The notes below the pieces were generated by a model, which was not told the origin of the DNA, made no database searches, and saw nothing but the letters and a program-made list of their open reading frames with translations. From a virus (taxonomy: Duplodnaviria > Caudoviricetes): 24,761 nucleotides of DNA. This document shows, piece after piece, positions 6,792 through 16,227 of this stretch; within the stretch, counting starts at the first letter, position 1, and each line of letters starts with the position of its first letter. The DNA lies in the IMG/VR virus record IMGVR_UViG_3300047550_004018, positions 1-24,761 of that record; one strand, given 5' to 3'. The translations under genes were made by a program, and so were the position numbers.

Positions 6792-7791
6792 CTGGTTTAG
6801 CCTAAATAACACAGATGCTAGTGGAGAGTCTTGGTTTAGCCAAGGCTATCAAAATGCTGCTGTTAATTCAATCCTTGCTTTACAGGATAAAGGTGTAGGT
6901 GTTTTTTATAATAGGAAAGAAATACCTTTCCATATAAACTTTTGTCCGCCTATTTACTATCAGTTAAACAATGAGTTTAATGTTGGATATACACCTTGGG
7001 AATCAACTGTTGTTCCTAATACTTGGAAATTCAATATGTCTCAGTGTTCTGAGATTTGGGCTACATCTAACTTTGTAAAAGATGTTTATATTAAAAATAA
7101 CATTCATGCAAATGTTCATGTGATACCTCATGGTATTTCAGATGAGTTTTCTATTTATGAAAGAGAGTTAATAGGAAAGTTTAACTTTCTTCATATCGGT
7201 GGTGATTCTAAAAGAAAGAACGCCCAGATGGTTGTTGATGCTTTTCTAGATTTGTATGAAGGCGATGATGATTATCAATTAATTCTTAAGTACAATAAAT
7301 TTTGTTTTGCTGAAACATATGTTGATGGTCGAATTGTGCCGGCTCATCAACATCCTCAGATTATAGGTATTCCAGAACAATTCTCTGTTGATCAACTTGT
7401 TAGGTTATATCACAAGTGTCATTGTCTTGTTTATCCAACAAGCGGAGAAGGATTTGGAATGATTCCATTTGAGGCAATTGCTACAGGACTTCCTACAATT
7501 TGTACAAACCTTACAGGTTGTTCTGATTTTGCTGAAATGTCCATTCCTCTGCCAGCTACATGGGGCAAATCAGATTTTCATGAACATCTGTATGCTTGCG
7601 ATGTTGGAGAATGGGCTATCCCTAGTTATGATGATTTGCTGGATTTGATGGAGCACGTCGTTAACGAATATGACGAATTTAAAAAATATACTCTCAAATC
7701 CGCAAAAATAATCCACGCCGAGATGAGTTGGGCGAATATTGCTGATATGATGATCGCCCGCCTCGCTGACTTTGAAAAAAGTTTTAATTAG
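6778..7791 (+). CDS. Glycosyltransferase, GT-B fold (GT4 / group 1)
   Basis: GEGFGMIPFEAIATGLP (EX7E motif), RKN, VIPHG. Confidence 0.92.
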   Translation: MRKVSWFSLNNTDASGESWFSQGYQNAAVNSILALQDKGVGVFYNRKEIPFHINFCPPIYYQLNNEFNVGYTPWESTVVPNTWKFNMSQCSEIWATSNFVKDVYIKNNIHANVHVIPHGISDEFSIYERELIGKFNFLHIGGDSKRKNAQMVVDAFLDLYEGDDDYQLILKYNKFCFAETYVDGRIVPAHQHPQIIGIPEQFSVDQLVRLYHKCHCLVYPTSGEGFGMIPFEAIATGLPTICTNLTGCSDFAEMSIPLPATWGKSDFHEHLYACDVGEWAIPSYDDLLDLMEHVVNEYDEFKKYTLKSAKIIHAEMSWANIADMMIARLADFEKSFN

Positions 7792-7807
7792 CCTAAGCAT
7801 TACCACT

Positions 7808-7858
7808 TTGCTTTAGCTCACCGGCTTGGTAGGATTGAATTTACACATTTTTAGGAGG
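7808..7858 (+). promoter_or_regulatory. Sigma70-type promoter and SD of the RNR gene
   Basis: TTGCTT-16-TAGGAT with TGn extension; AGGAGG at 7853-7858. Confidence 0.55.
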
Positions 7859-7862
7859 TAGT

Positions 7863-9791
7863 ATGGGTATTCTTTCAGACGAGTTTGTTGATTCCTATTC
7901 AGGGAAAACACCCCCTTGGGGATTTAATGGGCTTGGAGAAATAGTTTATAAAAGAACATATTCTAGAGATATTGAACATCTTGGTAGAAAAGAGGAATGG
8001 AATGAAACAATCGCTAGATGCATTAATGGTGCGCAGGATATCGGCGCTAATTATACACAGGAAGAAGCTGAAAGGCTCTTTGATTATATTTTCAATCTGA
8101 AAGGTATCTTTGCCGGCAGATGCTTATGGCAGTTAGGTACTCCGCTTGTTCAAAAAATGAGCGGTGTTTCTTTAGTTAATTGTTGGATGACAACAATTTC
8201 TTCAGTTGAGGACTTTCAGTTTTTAATGGATCATTTGATGGTTGGCGGAGGTGTTGGATTCTCTGTTGAGCGTTCTGTAGTTTATAAAATGCCAGAAGTT
8301 AAGCATGTTGATTTTATTCGGCATGAGAAAACAAGCGATGCTGATTTCATTGTGCCAGACTCTCGTCATGGATGGTCACAATTGCTTGGTAAAGTGCTCC
8401 GTAGTTATTTTGAAACAGGGGAGTCGTTCACATACAGCACCTTGCTTATTAGAGGATTTGGAGCGCCTTTAAAGACGTTTGGTGGGACTGCTTCTGGCCC
8501 TGAGATTCTTATTGAAGGTATTGCTGATATTTGCAATATTTTGAATAAGCGTGTCGGTAGTGAAATGCGTTCTGTTGATGCTCTTGATATTGCAAATATT
8601 GTTGGAAAGATTGTTGTTGCTGGCTCTGCGCGACGGTCTGCCCAGATTGCCATTGGAGACCCTGATGATGTTTTGTTCTTGCGTGCTAAGAACTGGGGGC
8701 AAGGCGATATTCCTGCTTGGAGAGCAAACTCTAACAACTCAATTTTTGCCGATTCTGTTGATAAGATGACAGATGAATTTTGGAAAGGTTATGATGGTTC
8801 TGGCGAGCCGTATGGTCTTATCAATAGAAAGTTGATTAGAAAGTATGGTCGTCTTGGTGAAAAAGTTAATGATTCTAAAGTGATTGGAACTAATCCTTGT
8901 GGAGAGATTGGTCTTGAGGATGGTGAGCCGTGTAACTTAGCAGAAGTCTTTTTACCTAATATTACATCGCTTGATGAATTTATTGATTTAAGTAAACTAC
9001 TTTACAAAACACAAAAAGCAATTACAACTTTATATTATCCATATAAGAAGAGCCGTGATGTTATTGCTAGAAATCGCCGGCTTGGTCAAGGTGTTACAGG
9101 ATGGCTTCAGGCTACAGAGGAACAAATTGGTTGGGTTGGAAAGGCTTATGAAGCCTTAAAAGACTTTGATAAAAAGTGGTCGGCTGAACTTGGAATCAAT
9201 CCTTCAATTAAACTTACTACCGTTAAACCTAGTGGAACTCTTAGTTTGCTAGCCGGCGTTACACCGGGAATTCACCCTGCTTATGCTAAATACTATATTC
9301 GTCGTGTTCGTATGGGTAGTAATGATCCATTGGTTCATTATTGTCGTGAAAAGGGATACAATGTCGTTTATGATATTGGGTTGGATGGAAAAGAAAATCA
9401 CACAATTTGTGTTGTTGACTTTCCTTGTGAAACACCTGAACATGCAACTCTTGCCAAAGAACTTACAGCAGTACAGCAACTTGAATGGGTTGTAAAAGCA
9501 CAAAGTTTCTGGGCTGATAATAATGTAAGTGTTACTGTCTATTATAGAAAAGAAGAGTTGCCTGAGATTAAGGAATGGTTGTCTAAGAATTATTCTAATA
9601 AGATTAAATCTGTTTCATTCCTTTTGCATAGTGATCATGGTTTTTCTCTTGCACCATATGAAGAAATTACAAAAGAACAGTATATTTCACTTAAAGCCGG
9701 CATTATTGATACCATGTCATTCGTTGACACATCTAGCAATATGACAATTGATAGTCTTGAATGCGAAGGTGGTGCTTGCCCGATTAAGTAG
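7863..9791 (+). CDS. nrdJ: Class II adenosylcobalamin-dependent ribonucleotide reductase (monomeric RTPR type)
   Basis: TNPCGEI (thiyl-radical Cys), CNLAE, VKPSGTLSLL and C-terminal CEGGACPIK as in the Lactobacillus-type RTPR. Confidence 0.93.
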   Translation: MGILSDEFVDSYSGKTPPWGFNGLGEIVYKRTYSRDIEHLGRKEEWNETIARCINGAQDIGANYTQEEAERLFDYIFNLKGIFAGRCLWQLGTPLVQKMSGVSLVNCWMTTISSVEDFQFLMDHLMVGGGVGFSVERSVVYKMPEVKHVDFIRHEKTSDADFIVPDSRHGWSQLLGKVLRSYFETGESFTYSTLLIRGFGAPLKTFGGTASGPEILIEGIADICNILNKRVGSEMRSVDALDIANIVGKIVVAGSARRSAQIAIGDPDDVLFLRAKNWGQGDIPAWRANSNNSIFADSVDKMTDEFWKGYDGSGEPYGLINRKLIRKYGRLGEKVNDSKVIGTNPCGEIGLEDGEPCNLAEVFLPNITSLDEFIDLSKLLYKTQKAITTLYYPYKKSRDVIARNRRLGQGVTGWLQATEEQIGWVGKAYEALKDFDKKWSAELGINPSIKLTTVKPSGTLSLLAGVTPGIHPAYAKYYIRRVRMGSNDPLVHYCREKGYNVVYDIGLDGKENHTICVVDFPCETPEHATLAKELTAVQQLEWVVKAQSFWADNNVSVTVYYRKEELPEIKEWLSKNYSNKIKSVSFLLHSDHGFSLAPYEEITKEQYISLKAGIIDTMSFVDTSSNMTIDSLECEGGACPIK

Positions 9792-9819
9792 TGTTATGAT
9801 TTCATAAGAAATCTGCGAG

Positions 9820-9846
9820 AAGCGTACCAATCTTGGTACGCTTTTT
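9820..9846 (+). terminator. Intrinsic terminator after nrdJ
   Basis: aagcgtacca-atct-tggtacgctt followed by ttt. Confidence 0.75.
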
Positions 9847-9892
9847 GCATCTTTCCGTGCTTTTTTATTCAATATCGTGTATCATATCTCGG

Positions 9893-10222
9893 ATGGCTAC
9901 AAATTTTATTAAAGACAAACAGTTGTGGGTTCCAGAACGTCCTTATGGTGTTTGTATTTGGATTATGCCAAATGGCAAACCTCTTTCTGATGGTGATGGA
10001 TATTTATCAGCAGAGGGATTGGTTAATGATCCCGATGTTGAACTACGTGTTGCTAAAGCGGCTAAATATTGGACAGGCTCTGATGAAGGATATGCCGCTT
10101 GGGTGCCCGGTGCTAGAAAGGTGACTGCTTCAGAATTAGATGATCAGAAAGCACGCCTTGCAGATGGTTTCACACCAGACCCATATGAAGATGTATTAGA
10201 TAGTCATTTTAAGAAGAGGTGA
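9893..10222 (+). CDS. Hypothetical protein upstream of portal (start re-called to ATG 9893, MATNFIKD...)
   Basis: The track's TTG start lies inside the terminator; TATCAT (9880-9885) is 7 nt before ATG 9893. Confidence 0.75.
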   Translation: MATNFIKDKQLWVPERPYGVCIWIMPNGKPLSDGDGYLSAEGLVNDPDVELRVAKAAKYWTGSDEGYAAWVPGARKVTASELDDQKARLADGFTPDPYEDVLDSHFKKR

Positions 10223-11835
10223 ATATGGTAGCTACACACATTCAAGATGATCAAGACGGTATTGAGATTGATGAACTCACATATCTTCAGATATTAACAG
10301 AACTAGAAAAAGTTGATCCTTTCAAGAAAATTAAGACAGCAAGCCTTTCTCCAAAGATGAAAAGAAGGTTTTATAATCTTCAGAAAAGATTAACTGGCGA
10401 ACCAGATGCTGTTGGAACAAAATATGTTGATCCAGAAGAAGTCGATGGATACTCTCTTTATGATGTTGTGACTCCGCCATACGATCAAGATACTCTTGCG
10501 AATCTTTATGATCAAAGTGCTATTCATAATGCTAGCGTTAATGCTAGAGTTATGAACACTGTTGGTTTAGGTTATGAGTTTATTGAAACAACTAAAGCTA
10601 GACGTTTACTTGAAAAGAATCAAGGTTCTCCTGAAAAGTTAAATAGAACAAGAAAAATTATTCAAAACGAAAAACAGCGTCTTGATGATTTATTTGAAAA
10701 TTTAAATGATGAAGAAACCTTTCTGGAAACTATGATTAAAGTCTGGCTTGATGCTATGACTGTCGGTAATGGCTACCTTGAAATTGGTAGAACAAACTCC
10801 GGTCAGATTGGCTATATAGGTCATGTGCCAGCAACTTTAGTTCGTGTTAGACGTAAGCGTGATGGTTATGTACAAATTGCTAAAAGCAATAAAATTCAGG
10901 CTGTATTCTTTAGAAACTTTCAAGATTCTGAAACGCCAGACCCGATTAATGGAGACCCTAATCCTAATGAGTTGATTCATTTTAAAGTTTATTCTCCAAA
11001 TAATACTTATTATGGTATTCCTCCTTCGGTGTCTGCTGCAGCGGCAATTGTTGGAGATAAGTATGCTAAAGAATATAATATTGATTACTTTGAAAATAAA
11101 GCAATTCCTAGATATGCGATTATTCTTAAAGGCGCAAAACTTAGTGCTAAATCTAAGCAAGAACTAATTAACTATTTTAGAAATGAAGTTAAGGGTCGTA
11201 ATCACGGTACATTAGTTATTCCTATTCCTTCTTCTATTGGTTCAGATGCTGACATTAGATTTGAAAAGTTAGAAGCAAATATTCAAGATGCATCATTTGA
11301 TAAGTATAGAAAATCAAATCGTGATGAAATTCTTGTTGCTAACAGAGTGCCGGCTCCAAAAGTTGGAGTTTATGATAATGCTAACTTGGCTGTTTCTAGA
11401 GATGCAGATAAGACTTTCAAGACACAAGTTATCGGCCCCGATCAGGCTGTAATTGAAAAGAGAATGAATAAAATTATTCAAGAGTTTACTGATCTTCTTG
11501 TGTTAAGATTTAAGAGGATTGATCTTGTTGATGAAGATATTATGTCTAGAATTTACGACAGATACCTTCGTACAGAAGTAATCAGTCCTAATGAGGTTAG
11601 AAGCGAACTTGGTCTTCCCGAAAGAGAGGATGGCGATATTGTGCTTCCTTTCCCCACAAAGATTAAGAAGGAAGGGCCGGGTGCCCCTCCGATGAATAGT
11701 AATAATCAAAGCTCTAATCCTCCCAGAGCAAGGGTGGATACTGAAGCAGGTGCTAGCAATCTTGATGCAACAACAGGCAGAGCCGAACGTGGTGAGCAAC
11801 AAGATGCCGGCAATAATAACGGAGGAAATTCATGA
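10219..11835 (+). CDS. Phage portal protein
   Basis: GNGYLEIGR, ELIHFK, YYGIPP, YFENKAIP, D.SF..YR, RVP, ISPNEVR.ELGL motifs; position before protease and capsid. Confidence 0.92.
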   Translation: MNMVATHIQDDQDGIEIDELTYLQILTELEKVDPFKKIKTASLSPKMKRRFYNLQKRLTGEPDAVGTKYVDPEEVDGYSLYDVVTPPYDQDTLANLYDQSAIHNASVNARVMNTVGLGYEFIETTKARRLLEKNQGSPEKLNRTRKIIQNEKQRLDDLFENLNDEETFLETMIKVWLDAMTVGNGYLEIGRTNSGQIGYIGHVPATLVRVRRKRDGYVQIAKSNKIQAVFFRNFQDSETPDPINGDPNPNELIHFKVYSPNNTYYGIPPSVSAAAAIVGDKYAKEYNIDYFENKAIPRYAIILKGAKLSAKSKQELINYFRNEVKGRNHGTLVIPIPSSIGSDADIRFEKLEANIQDASFDKYRKSNRDEILVANRVPAPKVGVYDNANLAVSRDADKTFKTQVIGPDQAVIEKRMNKIIQEFTDLLVLRFKRIDLVDEDIMSRIYDRYLRTEVISPNEVRSELGLPEREDGDIVLPFPTKIKKEGPGAPPMNSNNQSSNPPRARVDTEAGASNLDATTGRAERGEQQDAGNNNGGNS

Positions 11836-12095
11836 ACGGAACACTTGTCTATTCCGATACTGCTGTAACAAGCGCAGATAGTGTTGTCAGTATAGGAAGG
11901 CATACAATAAAAATAGCGTTTTTTAATACCAACAATACAACTAGTGCTGAAGTTAAACTTAATAATCAGTTTACGGTTTTAATACCTCACTCACCTGCGA
12001 ATGGTAGCCATGTATATCATGAAATTGATGGTGACTATACAAAGTATGAAGTTTTAACTGCCGGCGTTACACTTGCTGTTTATGCAATAGGATGA
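11832..12095 (+). CDS. Small beta-rich hypothetical (possible virion protein)
   Basis: ATGA-coupled to the portal gene. Confidence 0.7.
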   Translation: MNGTLVYSDTAVTSADSVVSIGRHTIKIAFFNTNNTTSAEVKLNNQFTVLIPHSPANGSHVYHEIDGDYTKYEVLTAGVTLAVYAIG

Positions 12096-12125
12096 TTTGT
12101 ATTTTAAATACAAATATATTATTAT
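12095..12125 (+). promoter_or_regulatory. Promoter with a perfect 21-bp palindrome over the -35
   Basis: TTGTAT-17-TATTAT; atttgtattt-t-aaatacaaat at 12095-12115. Confidence 0.55.
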
Positions 12126-12136
12126 AGAGGTCTAAT

Positions 12137-13693
12137 ATGGAAAATTTTAATTTAGTATTTCCTATTTCAATGGTTAAGCGTGAAGAGCGTATTGTCGTTG
12201 GAATAGCAACAGCTGATAATGTTGATAAAACCGGCGATATAGTTGATTTTAATGCTTCTGTTGAGGCGTTTAAAGACTGGGCAGGCAATATCAGAGAAAT
12301 GCATGCTCCTATCGCCGTTGGTCGGGCTGTAGATTATGAACCCGTCATTATCAAAGGTGATGATGGGCAAGAATATAATGCTATCAAGGTTTCTGCTTAT
12401 ATTTCTAAAGGCGCACAAGATACTTGGGAAAAAGTTCTTGATGGAACTCTCCGTGGTTTTTCTATTGGCGGGAAGATTATTCAGAAAGAGATTGATACTA
12501 AAAAGATGTTTAGAGGAAGACCTGTTTCTGTTATTAAGAAATATGTTCTTGGTGAGTTAAGCCTTGTTGATAACCCCGCTAATCAGAATGCTGCAATTGA
12601 TATTATTAAGCGTTCTGATGATGGAAATCTTGATTATATTTTAAAGATTGCCTGTGGTGATATTGATCTTTCAATTCCTGAATCTGTCCAGCGTATGGCA
12701 GAAGTTGGCTTAAAACAGCGTAGAGAACATGGTCGTGGTGGAACCAGCGTCGGTTTGGGTTCCGCTCGTCGTCTTGCTGCTGGTGGTAATGCGAGTCCTG
12801 AATTCGTTAGAAAGGTTGCTCGTTACTTCCCCCGCCATGCTGTTGATCTTAGAGCGACAGGGGCAGACCCGGGTGAAGATGGCTATCCGTCAAATGGTCG
12901 TATTGCTTGGAATCTTTGGGGCGGTACACCGGGATGGGTTTGGGCTAGATCAAAAGTTCGTCAGTTAGATAACTGCACAAAAGGATTAGATTTTGATGAT
13001 GCTTTTGAAAAAACATGTTCATGTGGATGCGGAACGTGCAATGACTATGATATGATTAAAGAACTTGAGTCTTTGAAAGAAAGTTTGGACGATACTGAGC
13101 TGCTAATGATTTTGGAAATGCTTGAATCGGAAAATGACATTAATTTGCAAAATGATGTTAATTATGATACGGTGAATAATATGGATTCATCTGTAGAAAA
13201 CAAACTTTCGTTGATGAAAAGATTCATTAACTGGTTGATTCCAGATGAGGAAGTTTCTAAGTCTGAAGAAACCGATATAATTGCTTCAACCGAAACCGTT
13301 GAAGCGGAGAATGACACCAAGGAGGATGAATATATGGATATTGATATCTTAAAAGAAGCTCTTGGCACCGTCATTGATCAGAGGCTTACCGATTTCGCCG
13401 CTTCTATTAAGGAAGAGGTTGACGCTAGCGTGACCACTAAAATCAATGAACTTGCTAAGGGATTTGAAGATAAGAGCGCTGAGCTGGCTGAGAAGCTCGC
13501 TTCGGCGGAGAAGGCTCTTGCTGAGCAGACCGAGAAGGTTGAGGCTTATGCAAGCGCTGGTGCTATTAAAAAGAGTGTTGACCCGGAGGATGAAGACGAT
13601 GCTGAGGAGCTTAGCAAGTCGGAGTCCAAGTCGTTCTGGGGTAATGTTTATCTGCCAGAGGCGCTGGTTAAGTCCCTTGGCTATAAGTCTTGA
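12137..13693 (+). CDS. HK97-type prohead protease fused to an extra domain and a C-terminal scaffold-like coiled coil
   Basis: D..GD, IREMH, GFSIGG (catalytic Ser) and ELSLVDNPAN; then a PSNGRIAWNLWGG domain; acidic helical C-terminus. Confidence 0.9.
   Translation: MENFNLVFPISMVKREERIVVGIATADNVDKTGDIVDFNASVEAFKDWAGNIREMHAPIAVGRAVDYEPVIIKGDDGQEYNAIKVSAYISKGAQDTWEKVLDGTLRGFSIGGKIIQKEIDTKKMFRGRPVSVIKKYVLGELSLVDNPANQNAAIDIIKRSDDGNLDYILKIACGDIDLSIPESVQRMAEVGLKQRREHGRGGTSVGLGSARRLAAGGNASPEFVRKVARYFPRHAVDLRATGADPGEDGYPSNGRIAWNLWGGTPGWVWARSKVRQLDNCTKGLDFDDAFEKTCSCGCGTCNDYDMIKELESLKESLDDTELLMILEMLESENDINLQNDVNYDTVNNMDSSVENKLSLMKRFINWLIPDEEVSKSEETDIIASTETVEAENDTKEDEYMDIDILKEALGTVIDQRLTDFAASIKEEVDASVTTKINELAKGFEDKSAELAEKLASAEKALAEQTEKVEAYASAGAIKKSVDPEDEDDAEELSKSESKSFWGNVYLPEALVKSLGYKS
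13334..13693 (+). CDS. Putative nested in-frame scaffolding protein (119 aa, MDIDILKEAL...)
   Basis: AAGGAGG (13319-13325) lies 8 nt before an in-frame ATG; codon usage shifts toward that of the capsid gene; internal promoter at 13145-13173. Confidence 0.55.
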   Translation: MDIDILKEALGTVIDQRLTDFAASIKEEVDASVTTKINELAKGFEDKSAELAEKLASAEKALAEQTEKVEAYASAGAIKKSVDPEDEDDAEELSKSESKSFWGNVYLPEALVKSLGYKS

Positions 13694-13711
13694 TTAGGAG
13701 GAAAATATAAT

Positions 13712-14743
13712 ATGGCAACTCAAGAGGAAATTTTAGCGAAGGCTAACGAGGTGACAACTAGCGTTGTCGGTGCTGCTTCGGGTGGTCTTCTGAATGCTGA
13801 GCAGGCGAATCGGTTCTTAGATTTTGTGGTCGATCAGTCTGTTCTTATGCAGAACGCACGTGTCGTGCGTATGCGCACACCGTCAATGGAAATTGACAAA
13901 CTTGCGGTGGGGACTCGTCTTCTTCGCAAGGCTTCGGAGGCGACTGACGATGGTTCTAACGCCGCCGTTACATTCACAAAGGTTTCGCTGTCCAGCGTTA
14001 AATTGCGTCTGGATTGGGAGATCAGCACTGAGTCGTTAGAGGATAACATTGAAGGCCCGTCGCTTGAGGATCACATTGCGCAGGTTATGGCTCGCCAGAC
14101 TGCCAATGACCTTGACGATCTGCTCATCAATGGTAACACCTCGTCGGGCAACGCTCTTCTCAAGGCTCTTGATGGCTTTGTGAAGTTGGCGATTGCTAGC
14201 GGTACAGTGGTTGATGAGGCTGGAAACAACGTGTCGCGTGCGACATTTGATCGTGTTCTCCGCAACATGCCGACAAAGTATCTCCAGAGAAGAAACGATC
14301 TTCGTTACTTCACTGGTTCTGGCGTGGTGCAGGACACCATCTTCAGCCTTTCGGCTCCGAACAGCGCTACTGCTGCTACTTCTGGTGCCCCTTCGCCCGG
14401 TTCGACCATTGGCGACACGGCGTTCTTGACGGGCGCTATGCGTGCTAATGGCGGTGCTGGTGCGACTGGCATCTCGCCGTTTGGTATTCCGTTGGTTGAG
14501 GTTCCGTTGATGCCCGAAACTGTTTCGGGTGACTATTCGGGTGCCGCTGGTTCTCATGGTTACATTGAGTTGACACAGCCGAACAACAAGATTGTTGGTC
14601 TGCATCGTGACATTACAGTGTATCGCCAGTTCCAGCCGAAGACTGACACAATTGAGTACACACAGTTCATGCGGATTGCGTCCAACATTGAGAACGCTGA
14701 GTCGTATGTGATTGCGAAGAACGTCAAGCTTCGTACCCTGTAA
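13712..14743 (+). CDS. Major capsid protein (HK97 fold)
   Basis: 343 aa directly after protease/scaffold; GGLLNAEQA..F, ISTESLEDNIEG, DL.DL.INGN, DGF.K; AGGAGG SD; strongly biased GC-richer codons. Confidence 0.93.
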   Translation: MATQEEILAKANEVTTSVVGAASGGLLNAEQANRFLDFVVDQSVLMQNARVVRMRTPSMEIDKLAVGTRLLRKASEATDDGSNAAVTFTKVSLSSVKLRLDWEISTESLEDNIEGPSLEDHIAQVMARQTANDLDDLLINGNTSSGNALLKALDGFVKLAIASGTVVDEAGNNVSRATFDRVLRNMPTKYLQRRNDLRYFTGSGVVQDTIFSLSAPNSATAATSGAPSPGSTIGDTAFLTGAMRANGGAGATGISPFGIPLVEVPLMPETVSGDYSGAAGSHGYIELTQPNNKIVGLHRDITVYRQFQPKTDTIEYTQFMRIASNIENAESYVIAKNVKLRTL

Positions 14744-14782
14744 TCCTTAGGACGTTATAGTTACATATTACGTTCGGCACTT

Positions 14783-14812
14783 GGCCCCGGCGAAAGCCGG
14801 GGTCTTGTGTTT
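14783..14812 (+). terminator. Intrinsic terminator after the capsid gene
   Basis: ggccccggc-gaaa-gccggggtc followed by ttgtgttt. Confidence 0.85.
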
Positions 14813-14847
14813 GTATGTAAAGGTTTTTATGATACAATTGAGGTACT

Positions 14848-15156
14848 ATGAGTAGAAACGTTGTTACTTCTGATGCCGCCGCTCCCAAGCCGGCAAAAAA
14901 GACTGCTACTAAAGCAGAACCTAAAATTAAAAAAGTTGTAAACGATAGAGACAAGGTGATTGCTACGGCACCTGATGGTTATAAATTTGTCTATTTTTCT
15001 TCTGGTGTTGCATATGTGACTGCGGATGGATTTAGGTTTACTAGAGATAATCCTATTTATTTGCTTCCAGTCGAAGAAGCAGATAGACTTCTTAAGTTAG
15101 ACAATTTTAGATTACCAGATCAACTTGAACTAGAAGATTACGCTAAGGAGAACTGA
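14848..15156 (+). CDS. Hypothetical head-region protein
   Basis: Own promoter TTGTAT-16-TACAAT (TGA extension); Lys/Ala/Pro-rich N-terminus. Confidence 0.75.
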   Translation: MSRNVVTSDAAAPKPAKKTATKAEPKIKKVVNDRDKVIATAPDGYKFVYFSSGVAYVTADGFRFTRDNPIYLLPVEEADRLLKLDNFRLPDQLELEDYAKEN

Positions 15157-15158
15157 AT

Positions 15159-15542
15159 ATGGCGGGTTCCGCATCTGATTATTTAGAGAATAAACTTATT
15201 GATCATTCTCTTGGCACCACTTCTTTCACAATGCCTGCAACTGTATATGCCGCTTTATATACTGTTGCTCCGTCTGATTCAACTGCTGGAACAGAAGTTA
15301 CTGGTGGTTCTTATGCTCGTCAAACAATTACATTTGGTGCTGCATCTAGTGGTTCTGCAAGTAATAGTGCCAATGTTGATTTTACTAATATGCCTACTTG
15401 TACTGTTGTTGCTGTTGCAATTTTAGATAACCTGACCAGCGGAAACTTGCTTTATTGGGGTACTTTAACAACAAGTCGATCTGTTACTAGTGGTGACGCT
15501 GTGAGAATATCCAGCGGAGCGTTGACGGTGAGTTTGGACTAA
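15159..15542 (+). CDS. Conserved virion structural protein (SDYLEN...EVTGGSYARQ family)
   Basis: Motif pattern widespread in phage structural modules. Confidence 0.8.
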   Translation: MAGSASDYLENKLIDHSLGTTSFTMPATVYAALYTVAPSDSTAGTEVTGGSYARQTITFGAASSGSASNSANVDFTNMPTCTVVAVAILDNLTSGNLLYWGTLTTSRSVTSGDAVRISSGALTVSLD

Positions 15543-15886
15543 TGGAAAGAAGAGAAATTATTGGTAGTGTTTTAAGTACAACTTTAGCTTCCAATATCAA
15601 TAACTCAGCTACATCTATTGATTTAACTGATGGTTCAACATTTCCTACTGGAGCAACTGCTCCTTTTACAATTATTATTAATAGAGGTCAACTGACTGAA
15701 GAAAAAATTCTTATTACTTCTAGAGCCGCTAATACTTTGACTGTTGCTTCTAGAGGTTATGATGGTGTTTCTGCTTCTGCTCACACGGCCGGCGAAACAA
15801 TAGATCATGTTCTTGATGCTACTGTTATTCAGGATATGAATACTACAACTTATGATAATCAAGTTTTATTATGGGCGGGGGTGTAA
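15542..15886 (+). CDS. Putative virion structural protein
   Basis: Beta-rich; LTVASRGYDG.SASAH.AG motif; TAATG coupling. Confidence 0.75.
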   Translation: MERREIIGSVLSTTLASNINNSATSIDLTDGSTFPTGATAPFTIIINRGQLTEEKILITSRAANTLTVASRGYDGVSASAHTAGETIDHVLDATVIQDMNTTTYDNQVLLWAGV

Positions 15887-16222
15887 ATGGCTTCTTTAAC
15901 TCCTAAAACTCTTTATGTTGGGAATGGGACGGGTACTGGTGCAAATATTTATACGGTTGGAAGCACAGCCGGCAATTATACTATTGTCAAAAGTATAAAT
16001 ATTTGTAATGCTAATACAACCACTGTAAGAACAGTTGTGTTGAATATTGTTCCTCCTTCTGGTAGCGCTGCTTCAAATAATCTTTATATAAGCAATATGG
16101 CTATAGTTTCAAATGAATCATTGCAAATAGATTCAACATTAATTTTAAGTAATGGTTATTCTATTTATGCAAACACTAATGTTGATGTTATAATAACGAT
16201 ATCTGGTGTGGAGTATGCGTAG
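15887..16222 (+). CDS. Putative virion structural protein
   Basis: Beta-rich; IYTV...TIVKSINICN...ISGVE pattern. Confidence 0.75.
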   Translation: MASLTPKTLYVGNGTGTGANIYTVGSTAGNYTIVKSINICNANTTTVRTVVLNIVPPSGSAASNNLYISNMAIVSNESLQIDSTLILSNGYSIYANTNVDVIITISGVEYA

Positions 16223-16227
16223 TTATT

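Noticed and set aside
7792-7862. Cobalamin riboswitch upstream of nrdJ
   Set aside because: Only about 70 nt, occupied by promoter and SD; no B12-box recognised.
7863-9791. Intein or intron in nrdJ
   Set aside because: Continuous 642-aa ORF of normal size with motifs in order and no splice-junction or homing-endonuclease motifs seen.
9833-9892. N-terminal extension of the pre-portal ORF
   Set aside because: The TTG start lies inside the nrdJ terminator hairpin; ATG 9893 has promoter support.
14036-14605. 189-aa antisense ORF in the capsid gene and other nested or antisense ORFs (e.g. 4295-4759, 8405-8737, 3151-3471)
   Set aside because: Fully overlap well-supported genes, show no motifs or start signals, and are explained by codon bias.
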